In this document: piece after piece, positions 9,982 through 19,822 of the stretch | How positions within the stretch are numbered: position 1 is the first letter of the stretch | Layout of the letters: the number at the start of each line of letters is the position of its first letter | Assembly: GCA_910585555.1 (NCBI GenBank) | Contig: CAJUFU010000001.1 | Coordinates: 5,895-69,894 of the forward strand | Source of the DNA: an uncultured Lachnospiraceae bacterium | GTDB taxonomy: Bacteria; Bacillota; Clostridia; Lachnospirales; Lachnospiraceae | DNA: 64,000 nt | Direction of reading: 5' to 3' | Made by a program: the position numbers and the translations under genes | The notes under the pieces: generated by a model | The model's database searches: none | What the model was told of the DNA's origin: nothing | The model's input: only the letters and a program-made list of their open reading frames with translations

Positions 9982-10185
9982 TTATTTAAAATCATCCAGC
10001 CCCTCATGGAGAGTTGGAACACTGCAGGCCAATGGGGTACGGGAGCAATCCGTGCACCCCATGGTCTGAACATTCTTAGAATTTTGCGCTTCGTCATCGA
10101 CTTCCACATTCACATGTCCGACACCCTGTGCCATCCCGGAATCCATCATCTTAACAAAGTCATCAATCATCTTTTTATCATCCAT
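9982..10185 (-). CDS. 67-aa protein resembling the N-half of the glycyl-radical domain, with a CxxC-x6-C tail
   Basis: Strong AAGGAGG RBS at 9 nt spacing; DDFVKMMDSGMAQGVGHVNVEV aligns by eye to [22 protein letters not shown]. Confidence 0.8.
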   Translation of the reverse strand: MDDKKMIDDFVKMMDSGMAQGVGHVNVEVDDEAQNSKNVQTMGCTDCSRTPLACSVPTLHEGLDDFK

Positions 10186-10291
10186 ATATTATTTCCTCCT
10201 TATGATATCTCTGGAAAAAAATCTGTCATATATGGATTTTTTTCCGATCAACAGAAAATATACATTTTCCATTAATCACTACATCACTATT

Positions 10292-10346
10292 TTATCCGAG
10301 TTTGCGAAGCAACACTCGCGTAGTTAATTCCGCAGGAATTTACTAC
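10292..10346. repeat. REP-like X+Y pair immediately after the pflB stop
   Basis: TTATCCGAGTTTGCGAAGCAACACTCGC followed by GTAGTTAATTCCGCAGGAATTTACTAC. Confidence 0.75.
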
Positions 10347-10348
10347 AG

Positions 10349-12388
10349 TTATTTACTCAGGTCAACTTCGATATCGCCTGCAAATACCTGATCTTCTTTA
10401 CCAAGAGCACCAGGAATGATGGTGAAGGTATTGGAGATACCATCCTGTGCATCGTTGAACGGAAGTTTGGATACAGAAGATAAGGAAGCTACTGCACCGT
10501 GGGTATCGCGTCCGTGCATCGGGTTAGCACCAGGAGCAAAAGGCTGGCCTTTCTTACGTCCGTCAGGTGTGTTACCTGTAGCCTTACCATAAGTTACGTT
10601 GGAAGTAATGGTAAGGATGGAAGTTGTCGGAACGCCTTCTCTGTAGGTATGATGTCTTCTGATAGCGGTCATGAACTTGTGAACGATTTCCTGAGCAATC
10701 TCGTCTACGCGGTCATCGTCATTACCATATTTCGGGAACTCACCAGTGGTCTTGAAATCAACGATGATGCCGTCTTCGTCTCTGATCGGCTCAACCTTAG
10801 CATACTTGATAGCGGACAGGGAGTCAGCTACGATGGAAAGGCCTGCAACACCTGTTGCGAAGTAACGCTTAACGTTCTTGTCATGAAGAGCCATCTCTGC
10901 TCTCTCATAGCAGTATTTATCATGCATGTAGTGGATGATGTTCAGTGTATTTACATACACATCAGCCTGCCACTCCATCATATCAAGGAACTTATCCAGA
11001 ACATCATCATAGTCGAGAACATCGCCGGTAACAGGACGATACTTAGGACCAACCTGTTTCTTGGTAACTTCGTCAACACCGCCATTTAATGCATATAACA
11101 GACATTTAGCAAGATTAGCACGTGCGCCGAAGAACTGCATTTCCTTACCGATAACCATGGAAGATACGCAACAAGCAATACCATAGTCGTCACCATGCGT
11201 AACTCTCATCAAATCATCATTCTCATACTGGATGGAAGAGGTCTGGATGGACATTTTAGCACAGTATTTCTTCCAAGCTTCAGGAAGCCTTGTGGACCAG
11301 AGAACTGTTAAGTTGGGCTCCGGAGAAGGTCCTAAGTTGGTTAATGTGTGCAGGTAACGGAAGCTCATCTTAGTAACCATCGGACGACCGTCAACACCAA
11401 CACCGCCGAGGGACTCTGTTACCCATACCGGATCGCCAGCGAAAATCTGGTTGTACTCAGGTGTACGAGCGAACTTGATGCATCTTAACTTCATAATAAA
11501 GTGATCTACGAATTCCTGAATCTGCTGCTCGGTGAAAGTACCGTTAGCAAGGTCACGCTCAGCGTATACATCAAGGAAAGTAGAAGTACGGCCAAGAGAC
11601 ATAGCGGCACCGTTCTGCTCCTTAACAGCACACAGATATCCGAAGTAGGTAGCCTGAATAGCTTCCTGTACATTAGATGCCGGTTTGGAAATATCGCAGC
11701 CATAAGATGCAGCCATTTCCTTCATCATCTTCAGAGCAACCATCTGCTCGGAAAGCTCTTCGCGAAGACGAATCACATCATCTGTCATAACGCGGCCTGT
11801 GGAATTCTTCTGATCCTGTTTGTCCTCGATCAGTCTGTCGATACCATACAGAGCAACACGTCTGTAGTCGCCGATGATACGGCCGCGGCCATAAGCATCC
11901 GGAAGACCTGTGATAATATGGGAAGAACGGCAGGCTCTCATCTCCTGATTGTAAGCATCAAAGCAGCCTGCATTATGTGTCTTTCTGTGGGTAGAGAAGA
12001 ACTCGCTGATCTCAGGGTCTACTTCATAACCGTTGTCGGAGCAGGCTTTCTCAGCCATTCTGATACCGCCGTAAGGCTGAAGGGAACGCTTGAAAGGCTT
12101 ATCTGTCTGGAAACCAACGATTGTCTCTTTGCTCTTGTCAAGATAACCAGGGCCATGAGAAGTGATGGTGGAAACCACCTTGGTGTCCATATCAAGTACA
12201 CCGCCAGCCTCACGTTCCTGTTTCTGTAATTCAAGAACCTGTGCCCATAAGTCTTTTGTGTTCTGTGTAGCTTCAGCTAAGAAGGACTCGTCACCATCAT
12301 AGGGATGATAGTTCCTCTGGATAAAGTCACGGACATTGACTTCTTTGTCCCACTTGCCGCCTACGAAATCTTTCCATTCTGGTCTCAT
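10349..12388 (-). CDS. pflB: pyruvate formate-lyase lacking the C-terminal glycyl-radical domain
   Basis: [17 protein letters not shown], active-site IACCVS and GNTPDGR motifs; ends ..PGALGKED..; no RVSGY. Confidence 0.95.
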   Translation of the reverse strand: MRPEWKDFVGGKWDKEVNVRDFIQRNYHPYDGDESFLAEATQNTKDLWAQVLELQKQEREAGGVLDMDTKVVSTITSHGPGYLDKSKETIVGFQTDKPFKRSLQPYGGIRMAEKACSDNGYEVDPEISEFFSTHRKTHNAGCFDAYNQEMRACRSSHIITGLPDAYGRGRIIGDYRRVALYGIDRLIEDKQDQKNSTGRVMTDDVIRLREELSEQMVALKMMKEMAASYGCDISKPASNVQEAIQATYFGYLCAVKEQNGAAMSLGRTSTFLDVYAERDLANGTFTEQQIQEFVDHFIMKLRCIKFARTPEYNQIFAGDPVWVTESLGGVGVDGRPMVTKMSFRYLHTLTNLGPSPEPNLTVLWSTRLPEAWKKYCAKMSIQTSSIQYENDDLMRVTHGDDYGIACCVSSMVIGKEMQFFGARANLAKCLLYALNGGVDEVTKKQVGPKYRPVTGDVLDYDDVLDKFLDMMEWQADVYVNTLNIIHYMHDKYCYERAEMALHDKNVKRYFATGVAGLSIVADSLSAIKYAKVEPIRDEDGIIVDFKTTGEFPKYGNDDDRVDEIAQEIVHKFMTAIRRHHTYREGVPTTSILTITSNVTYGKATGNTPDGRKKGQPFAPGANPMHGRDTHGAVASLSSVSKLPFNDAQDGISNTFTIIPGALGKEDQVFAGDIEVDLSK

Positions 12389-12787
12389 TTTGAAATAACC
12401 TCCTATGTTTAAATTTTTTAATAATGTTTTGTGGTTAAAACATGCTTATCCAGTACCAATATTATATGTTATAGAAAGTAAAAGAGTCAAGACGGCCTTT
12501 GTACTTTTTCGCATACAAATGCCAAAAATTAACTTAATTTTTTGTGAAAATTGTATGTAAAAAGATGCAGATACAAAATATTGATAATCGGGTATCAATC
12601 GACAGAAACTATCCGTAACCAAAAGGTTGAAAAGCTGTACTTTTAAGCGATTAAAGTATATTATCGCAATGGAGTATTGTATTGAGAAACTGCTTGCACA
12701 ACCTTTAGATTCCTATTATAATCAACATGAATAGATTCTGCCTAATATAACAGACTATTACTATTAAGATTAAATCGGAGGTATGAT

Positions 12788-12988
12788 ATGGCACAGATCA
12801 GTAAAGATACAACTATCGGAGAAGCGCTGAGGATTAACATGGATATCGCACCGGTCCTCATGGAAATCGGTATGCACTGCCTGGGGTGTCCTTCTGCACA
12901 GGGGGAGACACTGGAAGAGGCTGCGATGGTACATGGTATTGCGGTTGATGACCTGATGGCAAAGATTGATGCAGTCACAGGAGCATAG
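12788..12988 (+). CDS. DUF1858-family small redox/disulfide-domain protein
   Basis: [21 protein letters not shown] motif; GGAGG RBS. Confidence 0.88.
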   Translation: MAQISKDTTIGEALRINMDIAPVLMEIGMHCLGCPSAQGETLEEAAMVHGIAVDDLMAKIDAVTGA

Positions 12989-13038
12989 ACGGATGATTTT
13001 CGGATAGGCCGTCGGTAGTGAAGTAATAAAATTAGAAA

Positions 13039-13072
13039 GAAGGGGGTATTCCGGCCAGAGGAAGCCCCCTTC
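13039..13072. terminator. bidirectional terminator
   Basis: GAAGGGGG...CCCCCTTC stem between convergent genes. Confidence 0.7.
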
Positions 13073-13075
13073 GGT

Positions 13076-13849
13076 TTATATGCTAGCTAAAACTTCTAAT
13101 GCCTTGTCTTGAATCAGCGGCTCATAGTGCTCTTCCAGATAAGCATTGGTAGCGGCCGCAGTTTTTTCAATCTTAGCGTATTCTGAAATCAGGCTGCATA
13201 TCCGATTGTATGCATCCATGTCCAGAGTGCCTGGGTTCAAAAGGAGCAGATACCTGCCGGAACTGTCGTCCTTATAAAGGGAATTCGCATCCTGATAGGA
13301 AGTGGAAATCACACGGGCCAGTCGGGTAACATCTCTGAGAGAAGAAAATGAAAACAGGCGGCTGGTGGTCTTCACAGAAGAAGCGTCTTTATTATTTTTG
13401 GAAGCAGAAGCTTTAGACGCCGGTGCGCCGGACTGTGGTGCAGAGACATCCGCGCTGGAACTGTTCATCTTGCGCAGCATATTGAGTACTTCATCCGCGC
13501 CGTCAGCAAAACTATCCATAAGCGCTTCCGTTTCGTCGGAAAAGCTTTCCTCATCATGAACAGAAGGGGCAAACTTGGAGAAACGAGTATCCAGTTCCTC
13601 AGGGTCTTCTACTTTGGTAACAATCAATACAATGCATTCTGCGTTTAAGGGGATTGCCTCGATCATCAAAGGAATATCTTCCGCTTCAAAGCCGCATTCG
13701 TAAGCCGCCTGCTGCATCATATCACGGAAAAGACTCTTGGCCTTTTCTGTGCCGTAGGCCAGTTCACTGATCTTTAATTCCCTGTTAAGAAGATCCTCGC
13801 GGGTGAGGGTGCATCGAATCTGATGTTCGTTTACTTTTTCTATTTTCAT
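13076..13849 (-). CDS. mecA: ClpC adaptor protein MecA
   Basis: MKIEKVNE.QIRCTLT..DL N-terminus; ISEYA...YLEEH..LI...AL C-terminus. Confidence 0.92.
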   Translation of the reverse strand: MKIEKVNEHQIRCTLTREDLLNRELKISELAYGTEKAKSLFRDMMQQAAYECGFEAEDIPLMIEAIPLNAECIVLIVTKVEDPEELDTRFSKFAPSVHDEESFSDETEALMDSFADGADEVLNMLRKMNSSSADVSAPQSGAPASKASASKNNKDASSVKTTSRLFSFSSLRDVTRLARVISTSYQDANSLYKDDSSGRYLLLLNPGTLDMDAYNRICSLISEYAKIEKTAAATNAYLEEHYEPLIQDKALEVLASI

Positions 13850-13981
13850 GAGATGTTCACATCCTTTTTGTTATATATATTTTAGGAATTTCCTTTTTTG
13901 CCATTATATTATACTTTGCGTCACTTTTAGTCAATAGTGCGCGGAAAGTGTTTAAAAATTTTTAATAATTTTAGAATATGC

Positions 13982-14010
13982 TTGCTTTTTTGTCAGATTA
14001 TGGTTATAAT
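13982..14010 (+). promoter_or_regulatory. sigmaA promoter
   Basis: TTGCTT-17 nt-TATAAT. Confidence 0.7.
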
Positions 14011-14018
14011 CCAACTAC

Positions 14019-14148
14019 AAGATGTCTTCTGACAATCAGCAGCGGAAGGAGGCATGCACAATTTCATAAATAACATCTGTTCCTCCCGGATATTCAACGA
14101 TAGGGAGGAAGTCTTATAGGCGATGTGTCTGGTCAGAGACCATATCTT
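14019..14148 (+). ncRNA. candidate structured small RNA
   Basis: Begins about 8 nt after the -10 box; 5' AAGATGTCTTCTGAC pairs with 3' GTCAGAGACCATATCTT; apical stem TTCCTCCC/GGGAGGAA. Confidence 0.45.
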
Positions 14149-14544
14149 ATTCCCCTCTATATTTCACAATTATAATTCACAAGGAATGAGTAGGTTATAC
14201 AGTTATTTTTCATTTTGCATGTCAGGGATATCTTTAGAACTATTTCCACCCTATATATCATATGCCGTTAGTATATCACAATTGATTATTTATATTTCCT
14301 TTTGGCTGGTTAGATGAAGGCGTGGACGGTTACACTGTATGAGACAGAGTATTTTCAATAGGAACTTAAGATATTCATTACACAGGGAAGTTCCCGCTTA
14401 CCGTCGTTGGTGGATGATTGTCTTGGCAGTAGGATTTTGCGATAAGTTATACAAAACGCAGAAAAATGCGAAAAATGTCAAAATCATAATGACTGGAAAG
14501 AAATAGTTTGCTATAATTAGGACGGTCAGAAAGGAGCTGGATAG

Positions 14545-16236
14545 ATGAAAAAAGTGATTCCGGTGATCATCGCGATCGTCCTTATTATTGTGATCGCGGC
14601 GGCAGGATTAGGTGTGAAGTTGTTGGATAAATATTCTTATTCTAAAGAGAGAGCAGATCTGACAAAGTATTTTGGGGTTACGGGAAGTGATGATGTGCCT
14701 GTGATCTTGCAGGATGAGCAGATGGAGGAACACGCGAAGATGTGGGACGGTGTGTGCTACTTTGATCTGGCCACTGTGCACAAATACTTTAACGACAGGT
14801 TTTATGAAGATAAGAAGGAAGGGCTTCTTCTCTACGCTTTGCCGGATAAGATTGTGAGAACGGAGATTGGGACGGACACGCTCACAAAGGGAGACGAGGC
14901 GGAAACAAGGGATTATGTGATTTCCAGATACGAGGGGGATATGCTCTATATCGCGGCAGATTTTGTGAAAGAGTACGCGAATTTTTCCTATGAGCTTTTT
15001 ACACAGCCAAATCATATGCAGGTCTATAACCAGTGGAATGAGAGACAGCTGGCGGTGATCGCAAAGGATACCCAGGTGCGTTACCAGGGCGGAATCAAGA
15101 GTGATATTCTGACAGATGTAAAGAAAGGCGACGAAGTTGTTGTCTTGGAAGAAATGGAAAAATGGTCGAAGGTAAAAACGAAGGACGCCTTCATCGGTTA
15201 TGTGGAAAATAAGAGATTAGAAGGGCATAGGGCCCAGACGCCGATTCCGGTGACGGATTATGTGGAGCCGGTGTATGAGTCCAATACCCGTGATCATAAA
15301 ATAAACATGGCATGGCATGGTGTGGGCAGTGTGGATGGCAATGGGACCCTGGATGCGATGCTTGCAAATACCAAAAGTATTAATGTGATATCCCCCACCT
15401 GGTTTACGTTAGTGGGCAATGAGGGAGATTTCAGCAGTTTTGCTTCCCAGTCTTATGTGGATAAGGCGCACCAGAGGGGACTTGAGGTATGGGCTCTTGT
15501 GGGCAATGTAGAGAGCGTGGATGTGGATATGTATGAGGTGCTTGCCGGCACCACCAACAGGACCCATCTGATAGACGGTCTGATCAACACTGCCTTGGAA
15601 TATGGGCTGGATGGTCTTAATATCGATTTTGAGAATATCAGTCTGGACGCAGGAGAACCTTATGTGGAATTTATCAGGGAACTTTCCATTCCCTGTAGAG
15701 AGCATGGTATCGTGCTGTCGGTGGATAACTATGTGCCCATGGACCATACAGATCATTATGACCGGGCAGAGCAGGGACTTGTGGCGGACTATGTGGTGAT
15801 CATGGGATACGATGAACACTATGCAGGAAGCGATAAGGCCGGATCTGTGGCATCCATCGATTTTGTGGAGAGAGGCATAGCCAACACAGTGGAGCAGGTG
15901 CCGGCTCAAAAGGTGATCAACGGTATTCCTTTTTATACCAGAATATGGGAGACGTCCGGCACTACCGTTTCCAGCCAGGCTGTGGGCATGGATATGGCGC
16001 ATGTTTATATGCAGGAACACGGCATCACAGCCAGATGGGATGAGGAGACTTGTCAGAATTATGGGGAGTATCAGTCCGGGGACAGTTTCATTCAGGTATG
16101 GCTTGAGGATGCGGAATCAATTCGTGTGAAATTGAATATTATGCAAAAGTACGGGATTGGAGGCGTGGCCGAGTGGAAGCTGGGATTCGAATCGTCTTCT
16201 GTCTGGGATGTGATTGAAGAATATATGAATCAATAA
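14545..16236 (+). CDS. membrane-anchored GH18 glycoside hydrolase with an SH3-like domain
   Basis: N-terminal TM; DGLNIDFE catalytic motif; IMGYDEH and GVAEWKLG. Confidence 0.88.
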   Translation: MKKVIPVIIAIVLIIVIAAAGLGVKLLDKYSYSKERADLTKYFGVTGSDDVPVILQDEQMEEHAKMWDGVCYFDLATVHKYFNDRFYEDKKEGLLLYALPDKIVRTEIGTDTLTKGDEAETRDYVISRYEGDMLYIAADFVKEYANFSYELFTQPNHMQVYNQWNERQLAVIAKDTQVRYQGGIKSDILTDVKKGDEVVVLEEMEKWSKVKTKDAFIGYVENKRLEGHRAQTPIPVTDYVEPVYESNTRDHKINMAWHGVGSVDGNGTLDAMLANTKSINVISPTWFTLVGNEGDFSSFASQSYVDKAHQRGLEVWALVGNVESVDVDMYEVLAGTTNRTHLIDGLINTALEYGLDGLNIDFENISLDAGEPYVEFIRELSIPCREHGIVLSVDNYVPMDHTDHYDRAEQGLVADYVVIMGYDEHYAGSDKAGSVASIDFVERGIANTVEQVPAQKVINGIPFYTRIWETSGTTVSSQAVGMDMAHVYMQEHGITARWDEETCQNYGEYQSGDSFIQVWLEDAESIRVKLNIMQKYGIGGVAEWKLGFESSSVWDVIEEYMNQ

Positions 16237-16310
16237 TAGACCCATGACCGCATTTTTCCGGTTGACCTTTCATATGCATGAATAAAGGCGATGATGTTAG
16301 GAATCAAATC

Positions 16311-17027
16311 ATGAAAGGGAACAAACCGCAAATTTATGAGGTGATGGTCAGGGCAGCTTTGTGGATGCTCATGCTGCTCAGTATCTGTTTTGCTGTGCGC
16401 GGCGGCGTAAAGATGGCCTCTTCCGGGCGGGTTGAGACAGCAGACCGGCCCTGTGTAGTCATTGACGCGGGCCACGGGGGGACGGATCCAGGGAAAGTCG
16501 GTGTGGACGGCAGTCTGGAAAAGGATATTAATCTACAGATTACGAGAAAGCTGCAGAGGTTTCTTGTGATGGCGGATGTGGATGTGGTACTGACCAGGGA
16601 TGGTGATGCCGGACTTTACGATGAGGAGGCCCCCAATAAAAAAGTACAGGATATGAAGAACCGGGTGAATATCATAGAAGAGAAAAAACCCGATCTTACG
16701 GTAAGCATCCATCAGAACAGTTATCATGAAGAATATGTGCATGGTGCGCAGGTCTTTTATTATGCGGGCAGTGAGGAGAGCAAAGAGCTGGCCCAGCGGC
16801 TGCAACAAGTTCTGGCGGCAGAGCTGGATCCGGATAATACCAGACAGGCCAAAGCCAATGACAGCTATTATCTTTTAAAGAAGACATCTTCTCCGATTGT
16901 TATTGTGGAGTGCGGCTTTTTGTCTAACAACGAGGAGGCGCAGAAGTTATCTTCCGATTTATATCAGGAAAAGGCGGCCTGGGCAATTCATCTTGCTATT
17001 TTGCAGCATTTGAACAGCCGGAAATGA
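16311..17027 (+). CDS. cwlD: N-acetylmuramoyl-L-alanine amidase (Amidase_3, CwlD-like)
   Basis: IDAGHGG.DPG, EK.INL, SIHQN and VECGFLSN motifs; N-terminal TM; start uncertain (16278 or 16311). Confidence 0.85.
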   Translation: MKGNKPQIYEVMVRAALWMLMLLSICFAVRGGVKMASSGRVETADRPCVVIDAGHGGTDPGKVGVDGSLEKDINLQITRKLQRFLVMADVDVVLTRDGDAGLYDEEAPNKKVQDMKNRVNIIEEKKPDLTVSIHQNSYHEEYVHGAQVFYYAGSEESKELAQRLQQVLAAELDPDNTRQAKANDSYYLLKKTSSPIVIVECGFLSNNEEAQKLSSDLYQEKAAWAIHLAILQHLNSRK

Positions 17028-17048
17028 AGATAAGGGAAGCAAAAAGAC

Positions 17049-18101
17049 GTGGAGACCAGAATAGTATGTGTAGACGAAAAGAATATAGATAAAGAAGTTA
17101 TACGGGAAGCCGGAGAGATTGTAAAGGCAGGCGGACTGGTGGCTTTTCCCACGGAGACGGTTTATGGTCTGGGCGGAGATGCCTTAAATCCGGCATCCTC
17201 CCGTAAGATTTATGAGGCGAAGGGCAGACCCAGCGACAATCCGTTGATCGTACATATAGCAAAAGTGGAGGCGCTTTCTGCCATTGTGAAGAGGGTGCCT
17301 GAGGAGGCGGTGAAGCTGGCACAGGCTTTCTGGCCAGGGCCCTTGACCATGATATTGGAAAAGTCAGATTTGGTGCCGGCAGAGACCACGGGGGGACTTG
17401 AGACGGTGGCGGTGCGTATGCCCTCCCACCGGACGGCACTTGCCTTTATTGAGGCAGCAGGCGGTTATGTGGCGGCTCCCAGTGCCAACCGTTCAGGCAG
17501 ACCCAGCCCTACGGCAGCCAGATATGTGGCCCAGGATTTGGACGGCAGGATTGAAATGATTTTGGATGGTGGAGATGTGGAACTGGGTTTGGAATCTACG
17601 ATTGTGGATTTGACAGCAGGGACTCCTGTCATACTGCGCCCGGGTTATATCACAAGACAGATGCTTGCAGATATTCTTGGCAGGGTGGAGGAGGATGTGA
17701 CAATCCTTCGCGACGACAGCGGACAAGCCCCGAAGGCGCCGGGCATGAAGTACAGGCATTATGCGCCCAAAGGAGAACTGACGATCATTGCTGGTCCAAA
17801 GCAGGCAGTGGCGGAATATATCAACAGGCAATTGGAAGGCTGTCGGCGTGAGGGTAAGAAAACCGGAGTGATAGCGTCGGACGCCACAATCGGTGTCTAT
17901 CAGGCGGATGTGTGCAAGAATGCCGGTGACCCTCTGGATGAAAGTGCGCTGGCAAAACGGCTGTACCGTATTTTGCGGGAATTTGATGATGAGGATGTGG
18001 AAATCATTTATTCGGAGAGCTTTGCAGGTGCCGGTGTGGGACAGGCCGTGATGAACAGACTCTTAAAGGCAGCCGGTCACAGGGTAATAGAGTTGAAATA
18101 A
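17049..18101 (+). CDS. sua5: threonylcarbamoyl-AMP synthase Sua5
   Basis: FPTETVYGLG, KGRPSDNPLIVH, APSAN and APGMKYRHYAP motifs. Confidence 0.95.
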   Translation: METRIVCVDEKNIDKEVIREAGEIVKAGGLVAFPTETVYGLGGDALNPASSRKIYEAKGRPSDNPLIVHIAKVEALSAIVKRVPEEAVKLAQAFWPGPLTMILEKSDLVPAETTGGLETVAVRMPSHRTALAFIEAAGGYVAAPSANRSGRPSPTAARYVAQDLDGRIEMILDGGDVELGLESTIVDLTAGTPVILRPGYITRQMLADILGRVEEDVTILRDDSGQAPKAPGMKYRHYAPKGELTIIAGPKQAVAEYINRQLEGCRREGKKTGVIASDATIGVYQADVCKNAGDPLDESALAKRLYRILREFDDEDVEIIYSESFAGAGVGQAVMNRLLKAAGHRVIELK

Positions 18102-18175
18102 CGCGGATTTAGGTGTAAGATTACAGTAGATATATTGCAAGTATATGGGGTTCTTATGTTAAGGAGGAAGAAAGT

Positions 18176-18607
18176 ATGATAGCGATTGGCAGTGATCACG
18201 GCGGTTTTGATTTGAAACAGAAGGTGATGACACATTTGAAGGAACGGGGATTCGAGTATAAGGACTGCGGCTGTATGGATAAGAGTTCCTGTGATTATCC
18301 GGTATACGGGGCGGCGGTTGCCAAAGCGGTGGCTTCCGGGGAGTGTGACAGGGGAATTGTTATCTGCACCACAGGTATCGGTATTTCCATCACGGCAAAT
18401 AAAGTGAAAGGAATACGCTGCGCACTCTGCGGTGATCCGGTTTCTGCTAGACTTACGAGAGAACATAACGATGCGAATGTACTTGCTATGGGCGCAGCCA
18501 TTATTGGAGAGAGCGTGGCTCTTAATATTGTAGATATCTTTTTGGACACGGAGTTTTCCGGGGTGGAAAGACACCAGAGGAGAGTAGACCTGATCGAACA
18601 GTGTTAA
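18176..18607 (+). CDS. rpiB: ribose-5-phosphate isomerase B
   Basis: IGSDHGG, CTTGIG, HNDAN and RHQRR motifs. Confidence 0.96.
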   Translation: MIAIGSDHGGFDLKQKVMTHLKERGFEYKDCGCMDKSSCDYPVYGAAVAKAVASGECDRGIVICTTGIGISITANKVKGIRCALCGDPVSARLTREHNDANVLAMGAAIIGESVALNIVDIFLDTEFSGVERHQRRVDLIEQC

Positions 18608-18622
18608 GGCTGGAGGGAAGAT

Positions 18623-19822
18623 ATGGGAAGAAAGCAAAAGCTGGCAGCTTGTCTTGCGCTTATTTTGCTGTGTAGTGTCATGCCCTTCTCTGTACAAGCC
18701 ACGGAGGAGACCAGGGAAAAAATCCGTCGGGCAGAACAGGAAAAAAAGGAGACGGAATCCAGGCTCGATCAGACAGAGGAGAATCTGAAAGACTTAAATG
18801 AACAACATAGTTCTCTACAGGGGGCACTGTCTACTTTAAATACAGAATTAACCCAGGTGAGTAATAACTTAAGCGAGCTGGAGCAGAATATTATCGATAA
18901 AGAGGCCGAGATTGCGGCATTGGATGAAGAAATCGAGGAAGTAACAGAGGAGCTTGAAACGGCCATTGCGCTGAAGGATGGTCATTATGATACGATGAAA
19001 CACCAGATTCAGTTTATGTATGAGCGCGGTGATTTCTTATATATGGAGCTCTTATTTTCGTCAGGTAATTATTTCGATTTTTTGAATAAAAACGATTATA
19101 TCGAACAGTTGTCGGCTTATCAGCAGAAGGTGCTGCAGGAGTATAAGGATGCGCAGGCTTCCATGGAACAGAAGCAGGCAGAGCTGGAATTAGCCAAGGA
19201 GCAGCAGGAGGAGAACAAGGCGGAACTTGATGATTATAAAGTACAGGTAGTGGCGGAGCAGAGCCGCGTATCCGGTTTGGTCAGCCAGACTTCCAATTCC
19301 ATTCATGCAACAGCCGATCAGATTTCGAATGCAGAGGCGGAGGCGCTTGCCTACGAACAGGAGCTCAAGGAGCAGGAAGAGAATCTAACGGCTCTGCGGG
19401 CGAAACTGGAAGAGGAAATACGTATGTCCCAACGGGCGGCCCAGTCCAGCTGGCGTGATATTTCCGAGGTGGATTTTGCGGAAGGGGACAGATATCTTTT
19501 GGCGAATCTGATCTATTGCGAGGCGGGGGGAGAACCTTACGAAGGACAGGTAGCAGTTGGGTCGGTGGTGATCAACCGGGTGCTCAGTTCGGTTTATCCT
19601 GATACAGTAACAGGTGTGATTTATCAAAATAAACAGTTTTCTCCGGTAGGAAGCGGCAGACTGGCGCTTGCACTGGCGGAAGGCAGGGCAACGTCCAGAT
19701 GTTATCAGGCGGCCGATGAGGTGATGAGCGGTGCCACCAATGTGGGCAACTGTGTGTATTTCAGGACGCCGATAGATGGAATAACCCCTAAATATCGAAT
19801 TGGCGGTCATATATTTTATTGA
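18623..19822 (+). CDS. secreted coiled-coil cell wall hydrolase (SleB/Hydrolase_2 C-terminal domain)
   Basis: Signal peptide, long coiled coil, IYCEAGGE..GQVAVG.V..NRV and IGGHIF. Confidence 0.88.
   Translation: MGRKQKLAACLALILLCSVMPFSVQATEETREKIRRAEQEKKETESRLDQTEENLKDLNEQHSSLQGALSTLNTELTQVSNNLSELEQNIIDKEAEIAALDEEIEEVTEELETAIALKDGHYDTMKHQIQFMYERGDFLYMELLFSSGNYFDFLNKNDYIEQLSAYQQKVLQEYKDAQASMEQKQAELELAKEQQEENKAELDDYKVQVVAEQSRVSGLVSQTSNSIHATADQISNAEAEALAYEQELKEQEENLTALRAKLEEEIRMSQRAAQSSWRDISEVDFAEGDRYLLANLIYCEAGGEPYEGQVAVGSVVINRVLSSVYPDTVTGVIYQNKQFSPVGSGRLALALAEGRATSRCYQAADEVMSGATNVGNCVYFRTPIDGITPKYRIGGHIFY

Noticed and set aside
9907..10348. pflB as a pseudogene broken by an insertion element
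   Set aside because: No transposase, terminal repeats or target duplication; both small ORFs have their own strong RBS and pflA is intact. Not fully excluded without comparative data
10499..12229. Long plus-strand ORFs (196 and 242 aa) opposite pflB
   Set aside because: Antisense shadows of a highly biased gene; no motifs or RBS
12424..12560. Rex operator upstream of pflB
   Set aside because: The palindrome ATGTTTT-N6-AAAACAT and a TTGTGAA half-site are present, but neither fits the 18-bp Rex consensus well
14123..14317. 64-aa ORF as a type I toxin
   Set aside because: SD is too far from the start, there is no clean TM helix with a charged tail, and no antisense partner is evident
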